A stretch of DNA of 64,000 nucleotides from an uncultured delta proteobacterium. GTDB lineage: Bacteria; Myxococcota_A; Polyangia; Polyangiales; Polyangiaceae. The notes beneath the pieces were generated by a model. The model worked only from the letters and a program-made list of their open reading frames with translations, searched no databases and was not told the origin of the DNA. Where the stretch lies: assembly GCA_963841435.1 (NCBI GenBank), contig CAWJCS010000002.1, positions 928,001 to 992,000 of the forward strand. Direction: 5' to 3'. The position numbers and the translations under genes are program-made. Positions within the stretch are counted from its first letter, which is position 1, and the number at the start of each line of letters is the position of its first letter. Of the stretch, positions 43,982-53,262 are shown one piece after another.

Positions 43982-46103
43982 CTAGCGTCGCCGCCCGGGA
44001 CGTCCCCGCGCGGCGGCGGGGTGCTCGGAGCGGCGTGCCGGCGGGCGCTCCGAGCGGCGCGCGGGCGGTGGCTCGGAGCGGCCCGCCGAGCCGTTGCCGC
44101 TCCCCTGTAGACGCTTGAGGTCGTCGCGCAGGCGCGCTGCGGTCTCGAACTCGAGCCGCTCGGCGGCGGCGAACATTTCCTGACGCACCGCCTGGATGCG
44201 TTCGGCGAGGTCCGCGTCGCTGGGACCCTCCGCGGCGGGCGCCGCGTCGTCGCCGCGGCGCTTTCGGGGCACGGCGTAGTAGTCGCTCGTGCCGCTCGCG
44301 GGGTTCATGTCGAAGATCGCGCGCTTGATCGTGGCGGGCGTGATGTTGTGCTCGACGTTGAACGCCGTCTGCAGCGTGCGGCGGCGGTTGGTCTCGTCGA
44401 TCGCGTGGCGCATCGCGTCCGTTATCCGGTCGGCGTACATCAGCACCTGACCGTTGACGTTGCGCGCCGCGCGCCCGATTGTTTGAATGAGCGAGCGCGC
44501 GCTGCGCAAGAACCCTTCCTTGTCGGCATCGAGGATCGCGACGAGGCTCACCTCGGGCAGGTCGAGGCCCTCACGGAGCAGGTTGATGCCGACGAGCACG
44601 TCGAACTCGCCGGCGCGCAGATCCCGCAGGATCTCCACGCGCTCGAGGGTATCGATGTCGGAGTGCAGGTAGCGAACACGCACGCCTAGCTCTGCGTAGT
44701 ACTCCGTCAAATCCTCGGCCATGCGCTTGGTGAGGGTCGTCACGAGCACGCGCTCGTTGACCTCGACGCGTTTTCTGATCTCGCCGAGCAGGTCGTCGAC
44801 CTGGCCCGCTGCGGTGCGCACGAAGATTTCGGGGTCGATGAGGCCGGTCGGACGGATGAGCTGCTCGGCGACCTCGCCGCCGGTCTTGTCGAGCTCGTAG
44901 TCGCCTGGCGTGGCGGACACGAAGATCACGCGCCGCATGTACCCTTCCATCTCGTCGAACTTGAGCGGGCGGTTGTCGAGCGCGCTCGGCAGCCTGAAGC
45001 CGTACTCGACGAGGGTTTCCTTGCGCGAGCGATCGCCGCGGTACATCGAGCCGAGCTGCGGCACCGTTTGGTGCGACTCGTCGATCACCAGCAGGAAGTC
45101 GTCTGGGAAATAGTCGATGAGCGTGGGCGGCGGCTCGCCGGGCGAACGCCCCGAGAGGTGGCGCGAGTAATTCTCGATGCCCTGCACGAAACCCATCTGT
45201 TCGAGCATCTCGAGATCGTAAGAGGTCCGCTGTCCGATGCGCTGCTTCTCGAGGAAGCGTCCGGCCTTGTCGTAGAACTCGAGCCTGTCGCGAAGCTCGG
45301 TGCGAATGCCCTCGATGGAGCGGTTCAGCTGTTGCCTCGGCGTCACGTAGTGCGAGCCGGGGTACACGGCGTACTTTTCGATGTCGCCGAGCACGCGGCC
45401 ACGCAGCGGATCGACCTCGCGAATCGAATCGACCTCGTCGCCGAAGAACTCCACGCGGATCGCGAGGGCCTCCTCGTAGGCCGGAAAGATCTCCACGACG
45501 TCGCCGCGCACGCGGAACGTTCCGCGGTGAAAGTCGGTGTCGTTGCGCTCGTATTGGATGTCGACCAGACGCCGGAGCAGCTCGTCGCGCCGGAGCTCCT
45601 CGCCCTTGACGATCTCGATGAGCAGGCCCGAGTACGTTTCGGCGGAGCCGATGCCGTAGATGCAGCTCACGCTCGCGACGATGATGCACGTCCTCGCGCG
45701 AGAGGAGCGCGTGGGTCGCCGCATGGCGCATGCGGTCGATCTGGTCGTTGATGATGGCGTCCTTCTCGATGAAGGTATCGGTCGTCGGGATGTACGCTTC
45801 CGGCTGGTAGTAGTCGTAGTAGCTCACGAAGAACGCGACGGCCGCCTCGGGGAAGAGGTCGCGCATCTCCGCGTAGAGCTGCGCGGCGAGCGTCTTGTTG
45901 GGCGCGATGATCAGGGTCGGACGCGCGTACTTCTGGATGACGTTCGCGATCGTGAACGTCTTGCCGCTGCCCGTGATGCCGAGCAGCGTCTGGTGGCGGC
46001 GCCCCTCCTCGAGACCGCGGATGAGGCTTTCGATGGCCCGAGGCTGATCGCCTTTGGGCTCGAAGTCGGTGCGTAACTTGAACGGGGCGCGGGCGCCTGC
46101 CAT
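43982..46103 (-). CDS. uvrB: Excinuclease ABC subunit B, with one-base insertion near 45688
   Basis: [23 protein letters not shown] in one frame; [34 protein letters not shown] and UVR domain in the next; junction GAC GTG C ATC ATC. Confidence 0.93.
44024..44082. repeat. Degenerate 24-nt tandem repeat in uvrB tail
   Basis: CTC(G/C)GAGCGGC at 44024, 44048, 44072, encoding [24 protein letters not shown]. Confidence 0.7.
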
Positions 46104-46194
46104 CGGTGGATCACCAACGTCGCCACGGTTTTCGGCCGGCGACAATCCGACCGGCCCTTTTCGGCCGGTTCTCGCCCCGTTCGCGCGCTTTTTC

Positions 46195-47253
46195 TCAGGG
46201 AAACTGGGCGACCTCGGGCAGTCCCAAGGCGTCCTCCCAGCCGAGCGAAACGTTGAACGCCTGCACGGCCTGGGCCGAGGCCCCCCGGGCCAGGTTGTCG
46301 ATGGCGCCCATGGCAATCACCGTCCCCACGCGCCGGTCGACGGCGTAGCCGACGTGCGCGCGCGCCGAGCCTCGCACCCAGAGCGTGTCGGGCAGCACGC
46401 CGGCGTCGAGCACGCTCACGAGGCCCTGCTGGTAGAAGTCGCGCGCGGCCGCCCGGCAGGCGTCCTCGGTCGCACCGGGCGCGAGCCGGGCGTACGTGGT
46501 GGCGAGGATGCCCCGGGTCATCGGCGCAAGATGGGGCGTGAAGACCACGCTGAGCGGGCCGCCCGCAACGCGCGACAGCTCCTGCTCGATCTCGGGCAAG
46601 TGGCGGTGCGTGCCAGCCACCTTGTACGGCCGGATCCCCTCGGCCGCTTCCGGTAGGTGGTAGGCGGAGCCCGCCGCGCGCCCGGCGCCGCTCACGCCGC
46701 TCTTCGCGTCGACCACGATGCCGTCCTGCTCGACGAGCCCCGCGCGCAAAAGCGGGGCGAGCGGCAGGATGCACGAGGTCGGGTAGCAGCCCGGCGCCGC
46801 GATGAGCCGCGCGCCCGCGAGCTCGTCGCGGTGGAGCTCCGGCAAGCCGTAGACGGCACGCTCGAGCAGCTCCGGGGCGGGGTGCGTCCCGCCGTAGGTC
46901 GCCTCGTACGTGGCGCGGCTCTTGAGACGGAAGTCGGCGGAAAGGTCGACGACGCGGACACCCGCGGCGTGGAGCGCCGCGCCTGCCCGGGCGCTCGCAG
47001 CGTGCGGCAGACAGAGAAACACCACGTTGACCCGCGCGGCGAGCGCGCTCGCCTGCTCGGGCTCGAAGCTTTCGAGCACGAGGTCGCCGACGCCTGCGAC
47101 GCCGAACGTCGACCGCACGACGTCCCCCAGTCGCTTGCCCGCGTTGTCACGCGCCGCGACGACGCGCAGCTCGAGCTTCGGGTGCCGGTGAATGAGACGA
47201 ACGAGCTCGGCGCCCGTGTAGCCGGCAGCGCCGATGATCGCCGTCCTCAGCAT
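46195..47253 (-). CDS. argC: N-acetyl-gamma-glutamyl-phosphate reductase
   Basis: [44 protein letters not shown]. Confidence 0.95.
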   Translation of the reverse strand: MLRTAIIGAAGYTGAELVRLIHRHPKLELRVVAARDNAGKRLGDVVRSTFGVAGVGDLVLESFEPEQASALAARVNVVFLCLPHAASARAGAALHAAGVRVVDLSADFRLKSRATYEATYGGTHPAPELLERAVYGLPELHRDELAGARLIAAPGCYPTSCILPLAPLLRAGLVEQDGIVVDAKSGVSGAGRAAGSAYHLPEAAEGIRPYKVAGTHRHLPEIEQELSRVAGGPLSVVFTPHLAPMTRGILATTYARLAPGATEDACRAAARDFYQQGLVSVLDAGVLPDTLWVRGSARAHVGYAVDRRVGTVIAMGAIDNLARGASAQAVQAFNVSLGWEDALGLPEVAQFP

Positions 47254-47257
47254 CGGG

Positions 47258-47647
47258 CTACCGCTTCGAGTACTGGAAACGCTTGCGCGCTCCCGCCTGA
47301 CCGTACTTCTTTCGCTCCTTCTTACGGTCGTCGCGGGTGAGGTGTCCGGCGCGCTTGAGGACGCGGCGGCGCTCGGGGTCCTCGCGCGTGAGCGCGCGGG
47401 CGATACCGTGGCGCACGGCTTCGGCCTGGGCGCTGTGTCCGCCGCCGGCCACGGTGGCGCGCACGTCGTACTTGTCGACGAGCTCGAGCAGCTCGAGCGA
47501 CTGCCGGGCGATCATGCGCGCGGTCTCACGCTCGAAATACTCTTCGGCGCTCACGCCGTTCACGGTGAGGCCGCCTTGTCCGGCGCCAATCCAAACACGG
47601 GCGACGGCCGTCTTGCGCTTGCCGGTGGAGTAGGTGAGGTCTGTCAT
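47258..47647 (-). CDS. rpsI: 30S ribosomal protein S9
   Basis: TGKRKTAVARV, GGGHSAQA, ERKKYG...QYSKR. Confidence 0.97.
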   Translation of the reverse strand: MTDLTYSTGKRKTAVARVWIGAGQGGLTVNGVSAEEYFERETARMIARQSLELLELVDKYDVRATVAGGGHSAQAEAVRHGIARALTREDPERRRVLKRAGHLTRDDRKKERKKYGQAGARKRFQYSKR

Positions 47648-47654
47648 CGGGTTC

Positions 47655-48089
47655 CTAGAGCTTGAAGGGCTCGGGCTTCTGCGCCTGGTGCGGGTGAGCG
47701 CCGTCGCCGTACACCTTCAGCTTCGTGATCATCTGACGGCCGAGCACGTTCTTGGGCAGCATGCCCTTGACCGCGAGTTCGATGGGACGCTCCGGATGGC
47801 GCTCCGAGAGATGCTGGAAGTTCTCGCCGCGGAGGGCGCCCGGGTAACCGCTGTGGGTGTAGTACTTCTTGTCCAGCGCCTTGTTGCCGGTCACCTTGAC
47901 CTGGCCCGCGTTGACGACCACGACGAAGTCGCCCGTGTCGACGTGCGGCGTGTAGGTCACCTTGTGCTTACCGCGGAGCAGCGTGGCAACGCGCGACGCG
48001 AGCCGACCGAGCGGCTGGTCCTTGGCGTCCACGAGCCACCACTTGCGGGTGGCCGCCGCCTCGGCGGGTTTGGCGACGTAGGTTGGCAT
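47655..48089 (-). CDS. rplM: 50S ribosomal protein L13
   Basis: WWLVDA...[35 protein letters not shown]. Confidence 0.97.
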   Translation of the reverse strand: MPTYVAKPAEAAATRKWWLVDAKDQPLGRLASRVATLLRGKHKVTYTPHVDTGDFVVVVNAGQVKVTGNKALDKKYYTHSGYPGALRGENFQHLSERHPERPIELAVKGMLPKNVLGRQMITKLKVYGDGAHPHQAQKPEPFKL

Positions 48090-48295
48090 CCTGATTTTCC
48101 TGGGGCAGATGGAACGAAGGGGGAGCGCGCCGCCTGGAAGCGGGGGCGAATGCTTAGCGTTCGGCAAAGTTCGAGTCAAGAACCGCCGAACTTCCCGGGG
48201 AAAGCCGTGCCAGGATTGGCTTTCGGCCCCGGGGCCTCCGGGGCAGAGCCCCTTTGGGCAGTCGACACGCTCGATCTACACTACCGAGCCCACCC

Positions 48296-50248
48296 ATGGC
48301 CCAGGCCCCGCAGAGCCGGCTTCTCGAGCGCCTCGTCGCCGAGAAGCTCATCACCCCCGAGCACCAGGAGGCGGCGCTCAACGTGGTCGCGCGGACGGGC
48401 GACCGCATCGAGGAGGCGCTGCTCGAGCTCAAGGCCATCGACGAGCTCACGCTCCTCAAGCATCTCGCGACGGTCAACAAGACGCGCTTCGTCTCGACCG
48501 AGAAGCTCGCCAAGGCCGAGATCGATCCCACGACGCTCGCCAAGGTGCCGCGCAAGCTCGCCGAGCGCGCCATGGTGTTCCCCGTGCTCTACGATCCCCA
48601 GACCGCCACGCTGAGCGTCGTCGTTCCCGACCCGGGCGACATCCAGGCGCTGCAAGACGTGCAGGTGGCCTCGGGGGCCAAGGAGGTGCGGGCGTTCGTG
48701 GCACGGCCGCGCGCCATCAAGGCCGCCGTCGGCAAGGCCTACCTCGGGGACATCCACGCGTTCGCCGCGCTCGACCGCGACGCCCACGCGCAGTTCACGA
48801 CGATGCTCAACGTGTTCGAGCGGAACCTCGTGAGCGAGGAAAGCCTCACGATGTCGCTCGCGCGCGAGGCCACGACGGGTGAGCGCGTCGTCACGGGCGC
48901 CGACCTCGAGCAGGCCGGCAAGGCGGGCGCCTCGCGCTCGGGGCGCGGCCCGCTCGACGATGCCTACCTCCAGACGCTCAACGTGCTCGTGTCGCTGCTC
49001 GAAAACGGCCGCTCCGAGCTGCGCGGCCATTCGGCGCAGGTGGCGCGCCTGATGCGGCGCATCTCCGAGCGCATCGGCGTTTCCGACTTCTTGCTCGGCG
49101 CCCACGCCGTCGCCGCGCACGTGCACGACCTCGGCAAGATGGGCGCGTATCACCTCACGTCCCTCAACGTCGCCGAGTACGAAGGGCACCGCACGTCGGC
49201 AGAGAAGCAGTACCCCGCGCCCCTACAGCTGCTCGAAGCCGTGCGCCTACCCGCGGAGGTGACCCAGACCGTCGAGCACATGTACGAGCGCTACGACGGC
49301 AAGGGCTTCCCCGACAAGCTGAACGGCAAGGAGATCCCGCTCGGCGCGCGCTTGCTCGCGATCACCGACACCTACGCGGATCTCACGCAGAACTCGAAGA
49401 ACCCGTTCCGAAAGACGCTCCGGCCCGCGCAGGCCTGCGAGGTCCTCGCGCGCTTCAAGGGCACGGTGTTCGACCCGAACCTCGTCGACATCTTCATGCA
49501 CACGGTGACGGGCGAGGAGCTCAAGGAGCGGCTGCTCGCCAACCGCCGCCTCGCGCTGATCGTCGACCCCGACCCCGAGGAGACGACGGTGCTCGAGCTC
49601 AGGCTCATCGAGCAGGGCTTCCTCGTCGAGCAAGCGCGCTCGGCGGAGGTCGCGATCAAGCTGCTCGAAAAGGGCGACATCGAGATCGTGATTTCGGAGA
49701 TCGAGCTCGGCGAGGGCACCGATGGCTTCAAGCTGCTCGAGCTCGCGCGCAAGGCCGAGTGGGGGCAGGGACTGCCCTGGGTGTTCGTCACGGGTAGCAG
49801 CGCCGGCATCGACGCCAAGCGCGGCTTCGACCTCGGGGCCGCGGACTACCTGTCGAAGCCGGTGAGCGCCGATCTCCTCGTGGCCAAGCTGCGCCAGATC
49901 CTCGACCGCGAGGCGGCCCGTGGCGGCACCAAGCGCGGCGTCTCCGGGTCGCTGTCGGAGATGAGCCTGCCGGACATGGTGCAGGTGCTCTGGCACGGGC
50001 GAAAGACCGGTGCGCTCAAGATCCGCTCGCGCTCGGGCACGGGCGAAATTCATTTCGTGAGCGGGTCCGTCTACAACGCGCTCTTCGGTAGCCTGCGTGG
50101 CGAGGAGGCGTTCTACGCGATGCTGGCGCTCAAAGAGGGAGACTTCGCCCTCGATCCGAACTTCGTGGCCCCGCAGGAGCTCTTCCAGAAAAGCCCCGAA
50201 GCCTTGCTGCTGGAAGGCATGCGCCGGCTGGACGAAGCAGAGAGATAG
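48296..50248 (+). CDS. MshEN/GspE-N-like + HD-GYP-like + receiver-like + DUF4388 protein
   Basis: RLLERLVAEKLIT/RIEEALLELKAID, HDLGK...HMYERYDGKGFP...IPLGAR, LIVDPD...ISEIEL...YLSKPV, SGSLSEMSLPDMVQ...LLEGMRRLDE. Confidence 0.85.
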   Translation: MAQAPQSRLLERLVAEKLITPEHQEAALNVVARTGDRIEEALLELKAIDELTLLKHLATVNKTRFVSTEKLAKAEIDPTTLAKVPRKLAERAMVFPVLYDPQTATLSVVVPDPGDIQALQDVQVASGAKEVRAFVARPRAIKAAVGKAYLGDIHAFAALDRDAHAQFTTMLNVFERNLVSEESLTMSLAREATTGERVVTGADLEQAGKAGASRSGRGPLDDAYLQTLNVLVSLLENGRSELRGHSAQVARLMRRISERIGVSDFLLGAHAVAAHVHDLGKMGAYHLTSLNVAEYEGHRTSAEKQYPAPLQLLEAVRLPAEVTQTVEHMYERYDGKGFPDKLNGKEIPLGARLLAITDTYADLTQNSKNPFRKTLRPAQACEVLARFKGTVFDPNLVDIFMHTVTGEELKERLLANRRLALIVDPDPEETTVLELRLIEQGFLVEQARSAEVAIKLLEKGDIEIVISEIELGEGTDGFKLLELARKAEWGQGLPWVFVTGSSAGIDAKRGFDLGAADYLSKPVSADLLVAKLRQILDREAARGGTKRGVSGSLSEMSLPDMVQVLWHGRKTGALKIRSRSGTGEIHFVSGSVYNALFGSLRGEEAFYAMLALKEGDFALDPNFVAPQELFQKSPEALLLEGMRRLDEAER

Positions 50249-50289
50249 GGCTATCCTCGTCGTTCCTCCCTCGCGAGAGGTTTTGGCCC

Positions 50290-51018
50290 TTGTCCAAGGT
50301 ACCTCCGCCAGTTCTCGGGTTCAACAACAACGTCCGCCATCGCGGGAGGATCTTCCACATCCAAACGGAGGATTCCGGCGTGCGTTTCGGTCGCGTCGTC
50401 ACGCATCTATTCGCGGACGGCGGGCGCATCATCAAGACCCAAAAGACGGAGTACGCCGAGCACGTCGAGAAGCACGACGTGTCGAGTATCGTGCGCGGCA
50501 TCATGAAGGAGCAGCATCGCGCGATGTTCATGGCGCTGCGTGCCGGCTCGCTCGACGCTGCGCTCGAGCGAGCGATCGGTCCGCTCTCGGAAGTTCCGCC
50601 GAAGAACGTGCCGCGCCCGCCGCCGACGCCGAACGGCGTCCGCCGCGCCGAGAGCGTTCGCCCACCCCACCCGACGCGCGAAACCGAGCGTCCGCGCGCC
50701 CGTTCCCTGTCGAATCCGGCGCTGCAGGGCGTCGCTCCTTCGGTGTCGCCTCCGTCGGCCGAAGGGTTCGATCTCGACGTGGGCGCGCTCGGCGCTCCGC
50801 CGGCCGCCCCGCACTCTCAGCCGCCGCCGCGCCCGCGCAAGACGGTCCCGCCCCGGCGCAGTCGCCCCCCCGCGCCGCACCGCCCGGCCGCCCAATTTGC
50901 GGGTGCCCCCGAGGCCCGCGCCCGCTCCATCTTCGGTGACGAGGCGATCAGCGAGCAGACGCTCGACGAGGTGATCCTGAGCTACCTCGCCGAAGATCTC
51001 GACGGCTCGGGCGATTGA
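50290..51018 (+). CDS. RomY-like protein (conserved N-terminal domain, Pro-rich linker, C-terminal motif)
   Basis: GFNNNVRHRGRIFHIQTEDSG...THLF...MKEQH and FGDEAISEQTLDEVILSYL; family assignment from recall, unverified. Confidence 0.55.
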   Translation: MSKVPPPVLGFNNNVRHRGRIFHIQTEDSGVRFGRVVTHLFADGGRIIKTQKTEYAEHVEKHDVSSIVRGIMKEQHRAMFMALRAGSLDAALERAIGPLSEVPPKNVPRPPPTPNGVRRAESVRPPHPTRETERPRARSLSNPALQGVAPSVSPPSAEGFDLDVGALGAPPAAPHSQPPPRPRKTVPPRRSRPPAPHRPAAQFAGAPEARARSIFGDEAISEQTLDEVILSYLAEDLDGSGD

Positions 51019-51052
51019 GCCGCGACCACCGCCGCTCGCCCGGCCCTGCTGA

Positions 51053-51959
51053 CTACTCGTCCCACTCGCACACGGACGGGATCAGGTGCTCGCAGAGCCG
51101 ATCGTTCCAGCCGGGCACCGTGGTCGGATCCACGCCTTCGGTTGCCCAGAGAAACGCGCAGTGCTCGTAGCAGATGCCCTCGTTGCACGAGCATTGGGTG
51201 TTCTCGGCGCACGAGGTCGGCGAGTTGTTGGGTTGTCCGGCTGACCAAGCGTCGAAGGTCAGCGGCTCTCCCGTGATCCAGGTGTAGAACGTGCCGTCAC
51301 CGGGCTCGAGCGGACCCTTGCCATCGGTCGCGCCGATCCAGACCGGCGCCTCGCCGGCGAGCTCCCAAACGAAAGCGTCCTCGGCGTCGAACTCCGCCCG
51401 CGTGCGGTCGCGCGAGCTGATGGTCACGAGGTGGGCACCGCGGTTCTCGCAGTCGTTCACGGCCTCGTGCCAGGTGCGATCTTGCGAGCGATAGAGGTAG
51501 CAATGGCCGCCGAAGGGCTCGGCGTCGCCGCCGTGTGACGAGCAGTTCGACCGGTGCGGGCTCGCCCGCGATGCCGCCCTCGCCGATCGAGCCGGACACG
51601 CCGCCGCTTCCTCCGAGCGCCGCCCCCGCGCTCCCCCCGCTGCCGATGCCGGCCGTGCCGCCGCTTTCCTGGCCGGCTGCGCCCCCGCCGCCCGAGCCGG
51701 CCGCGCCCGTGCCGCTCGTGCCCACGTTGCCGCTCGCGGCGCCGAGCCCGGCTGCGCTGCCGGCCGTGCCGCCGTCTGCGAGACCGCTCCCAGCCGCGCC
51801 GCTCATCGCTCCCGGCCCGGCACCGGCGCTCTGTTCCACTGCTGCCATCGGTCGATCGAAGAAGCCGCGGTCGTCCACACCACCGCAAGCGACGCCGAGG
51901 AGTGCGACGCTCGCCAACGCACGTCGAGGACGCAGGCGGGACAGGGCGCAAATTCCCAT
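51053..51959 (-). CDS. Lipoprotein with Gly-rich linker and C-type lectin domain; one-base insertion near 51547
   Basis: LLGVAC lipobox and Gly linker (ORF 51297..52022) joining FGGHCY...TWHEAVNDC...AHLVTI...VWIG...QPNN...WND...CE (frame of ORF 51053..51460). Confidence 0.8.
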
Positions 51960-52164
51960 TCTTCCGATTATCGCAGAAAACCCCGCCCCAAGCGACGACG
52001 TTGCCGCAGTCGGCGGCGGCACCGGTCGCCTACATTGTCCTCCTTCGAACTTTGCGCTCTTGCGCCCACCGAGCGTTTCTTGGCGCTTCTATCGGCGTCA
52101 CCCGGTTTCGTCGGCCTCGCGCGTCGGGCTCGTCGACCGACGGTGTGGAAATTCGACGTTGTTG

Positions 52165-53190
52165 TTAGAACGTGCCGACGAGGCCCGCCGTGCCGACGCC
52201 GACGTAGGGGCGCGCAACGAATCCCTTCGGCGTGTCGAGGCCGGTGTCGCGCTTCGACCCCGAGGTGACCAGCAACACGAGCCCGACTGCCGCGGCCGGG
52301 ATGCCGACGGCGAAGCTTATCGTAGAGATGGTCGCGATGCTCTTCGCGCTATCGAGCTCGTTGCCCTCGCCGCCGACGCAGCGGTTCTGCGGACAATCGA
52401 GCCCACCCTTCTTGCCGATGGCCATCACGCCCGTCACCGACCCCGCGACGATGCCCACGCCGCCCACGCCGAGCAGCACGTAGGACAGGGTCCGCACACC
52501 GCTGCTTTCACGTTCGACGGGCGGGGGAGGCGGTGGCGGTGCAGGGGGCGGCGCGGGGGGCGGTGCCGCCTCCGTCACGGCGTTCGGATCCGGCGTCAGC
52601 GTCAAGGTCACGGTCTGGTGCCCCGATTCGGCGAGCGTCACGGGCGCCTTCGCGGGGAGGTAGCCCGGTGCCTTCGCCTCGACGTCCCAGGTGCCGGGAT
52701 CGGTCGGGCGCTCGACGCCGATGAGCGCTTGCGGCACGGCGACGCCGCCGACCGTGACCTCGGGGTTCAACCCGCGAGGCTCCACGACGACGGTTAGACG
52801 GGCGATGCGCGGCAGTGCTGCGTCGAGGGCCTTCTTCGCGCGTTCCTGGGCGTCGCGGAAAGCCTTGGGCGCATTCGCCGCGAGCGGCTCGCGCACGACG
52901 CGATTCAAATTCTCGGTGCCGAGCACGATCTGCCCGACGTTGACCTGGCATTCGCCGAGCCGGCCGAGGATCGTCGGCGCGTGGTAGAGCGACTCGGCGC
53001 GCGAGAGCTTCTCGATCGCTTGATCGCACTTGCCGGCGTCGGCAAGCTGCACACCCTGGATCCCGAGCGAGCGCGCGGCGGCGACGTTCTCCGCGTCCTG
53101 CGCGCGAGCGACCCCGGGCGAGAGCAAGCAAAAAGCAGCCACGAGCACAGCGGACGGGCCGCACGAACGCAAAGCAGAAGCCATGAGCAT
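52165..53190 (-). CDS. Secreted TPR-like + PEGA-like protein with C-terminal membrane region
   Basis: Signal peptide, helical repeats, VERPTDPGTWDVEAKAPG, Pro linker, two Gly-rich hydrophobic segments, terminal GLVGTF. Confidence 0.75.
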   Translation of the reverse strand: MLMASALRSCGPSAVLVAAFCLLSPGVARAQDAENVAAARSLGIQGVQLADAGKCDQAIEKLSRAESLYHAPTILGRLGECQVNVGQIVLGTENLNRVVREPLAANAPKAFRDAQERAKKALDAALPRIARLTVVVEPRGLNPEVTVGGVAVPQALIGVERPTDPGTWDVEAKAPGYLPAKAPVTLAESGHQTVTLTLTPDPNAVTEAAPPPAPPPAPPPPPPPVERESSGVRTLSYVLLGVGGVGIVAGSVTGVMAIGKKGGLDCPQNRCVGGEGNELDSAKSIATISTISFAVGIPAAAVGLVLLVTSGSKRDTGLDTPKGFVARPYVGVGTAGLVGTF

Positions 53191-53215
53191 GAGCGCGACT
53201 TTACTCTTGCTCGCC

Positions 53216-53251
53216 GAGACGCGAAAGCGCCCGGAGACGCGAAAGCGCCCG
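53216..53251. repeat. Exact 18-bp tandem repeat in kinase/PEGA spacer
   Basis: GAGACGCGAAAGCGCCCG twice (53216-53233, 53234-53251). Confidence 0.9.
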
Positions 53252-53262
53252 GGCTCGCGCTC

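Noticed and set aside
45680-45695. Programmed frameshift in uvrB
   Set aside because: No slippery sequence; two similar single-base insertions elsewhere favour sequencing error
46104-46194. LexA box or the WYL spacer motif upstream of uvrB
   Set aside because: No convincing match seen by eye
46195-48089. argC within the rplM-rpsI run as a novelty
   Set aside because: To my knowledge this order is common in deltaproteobacterial lineages
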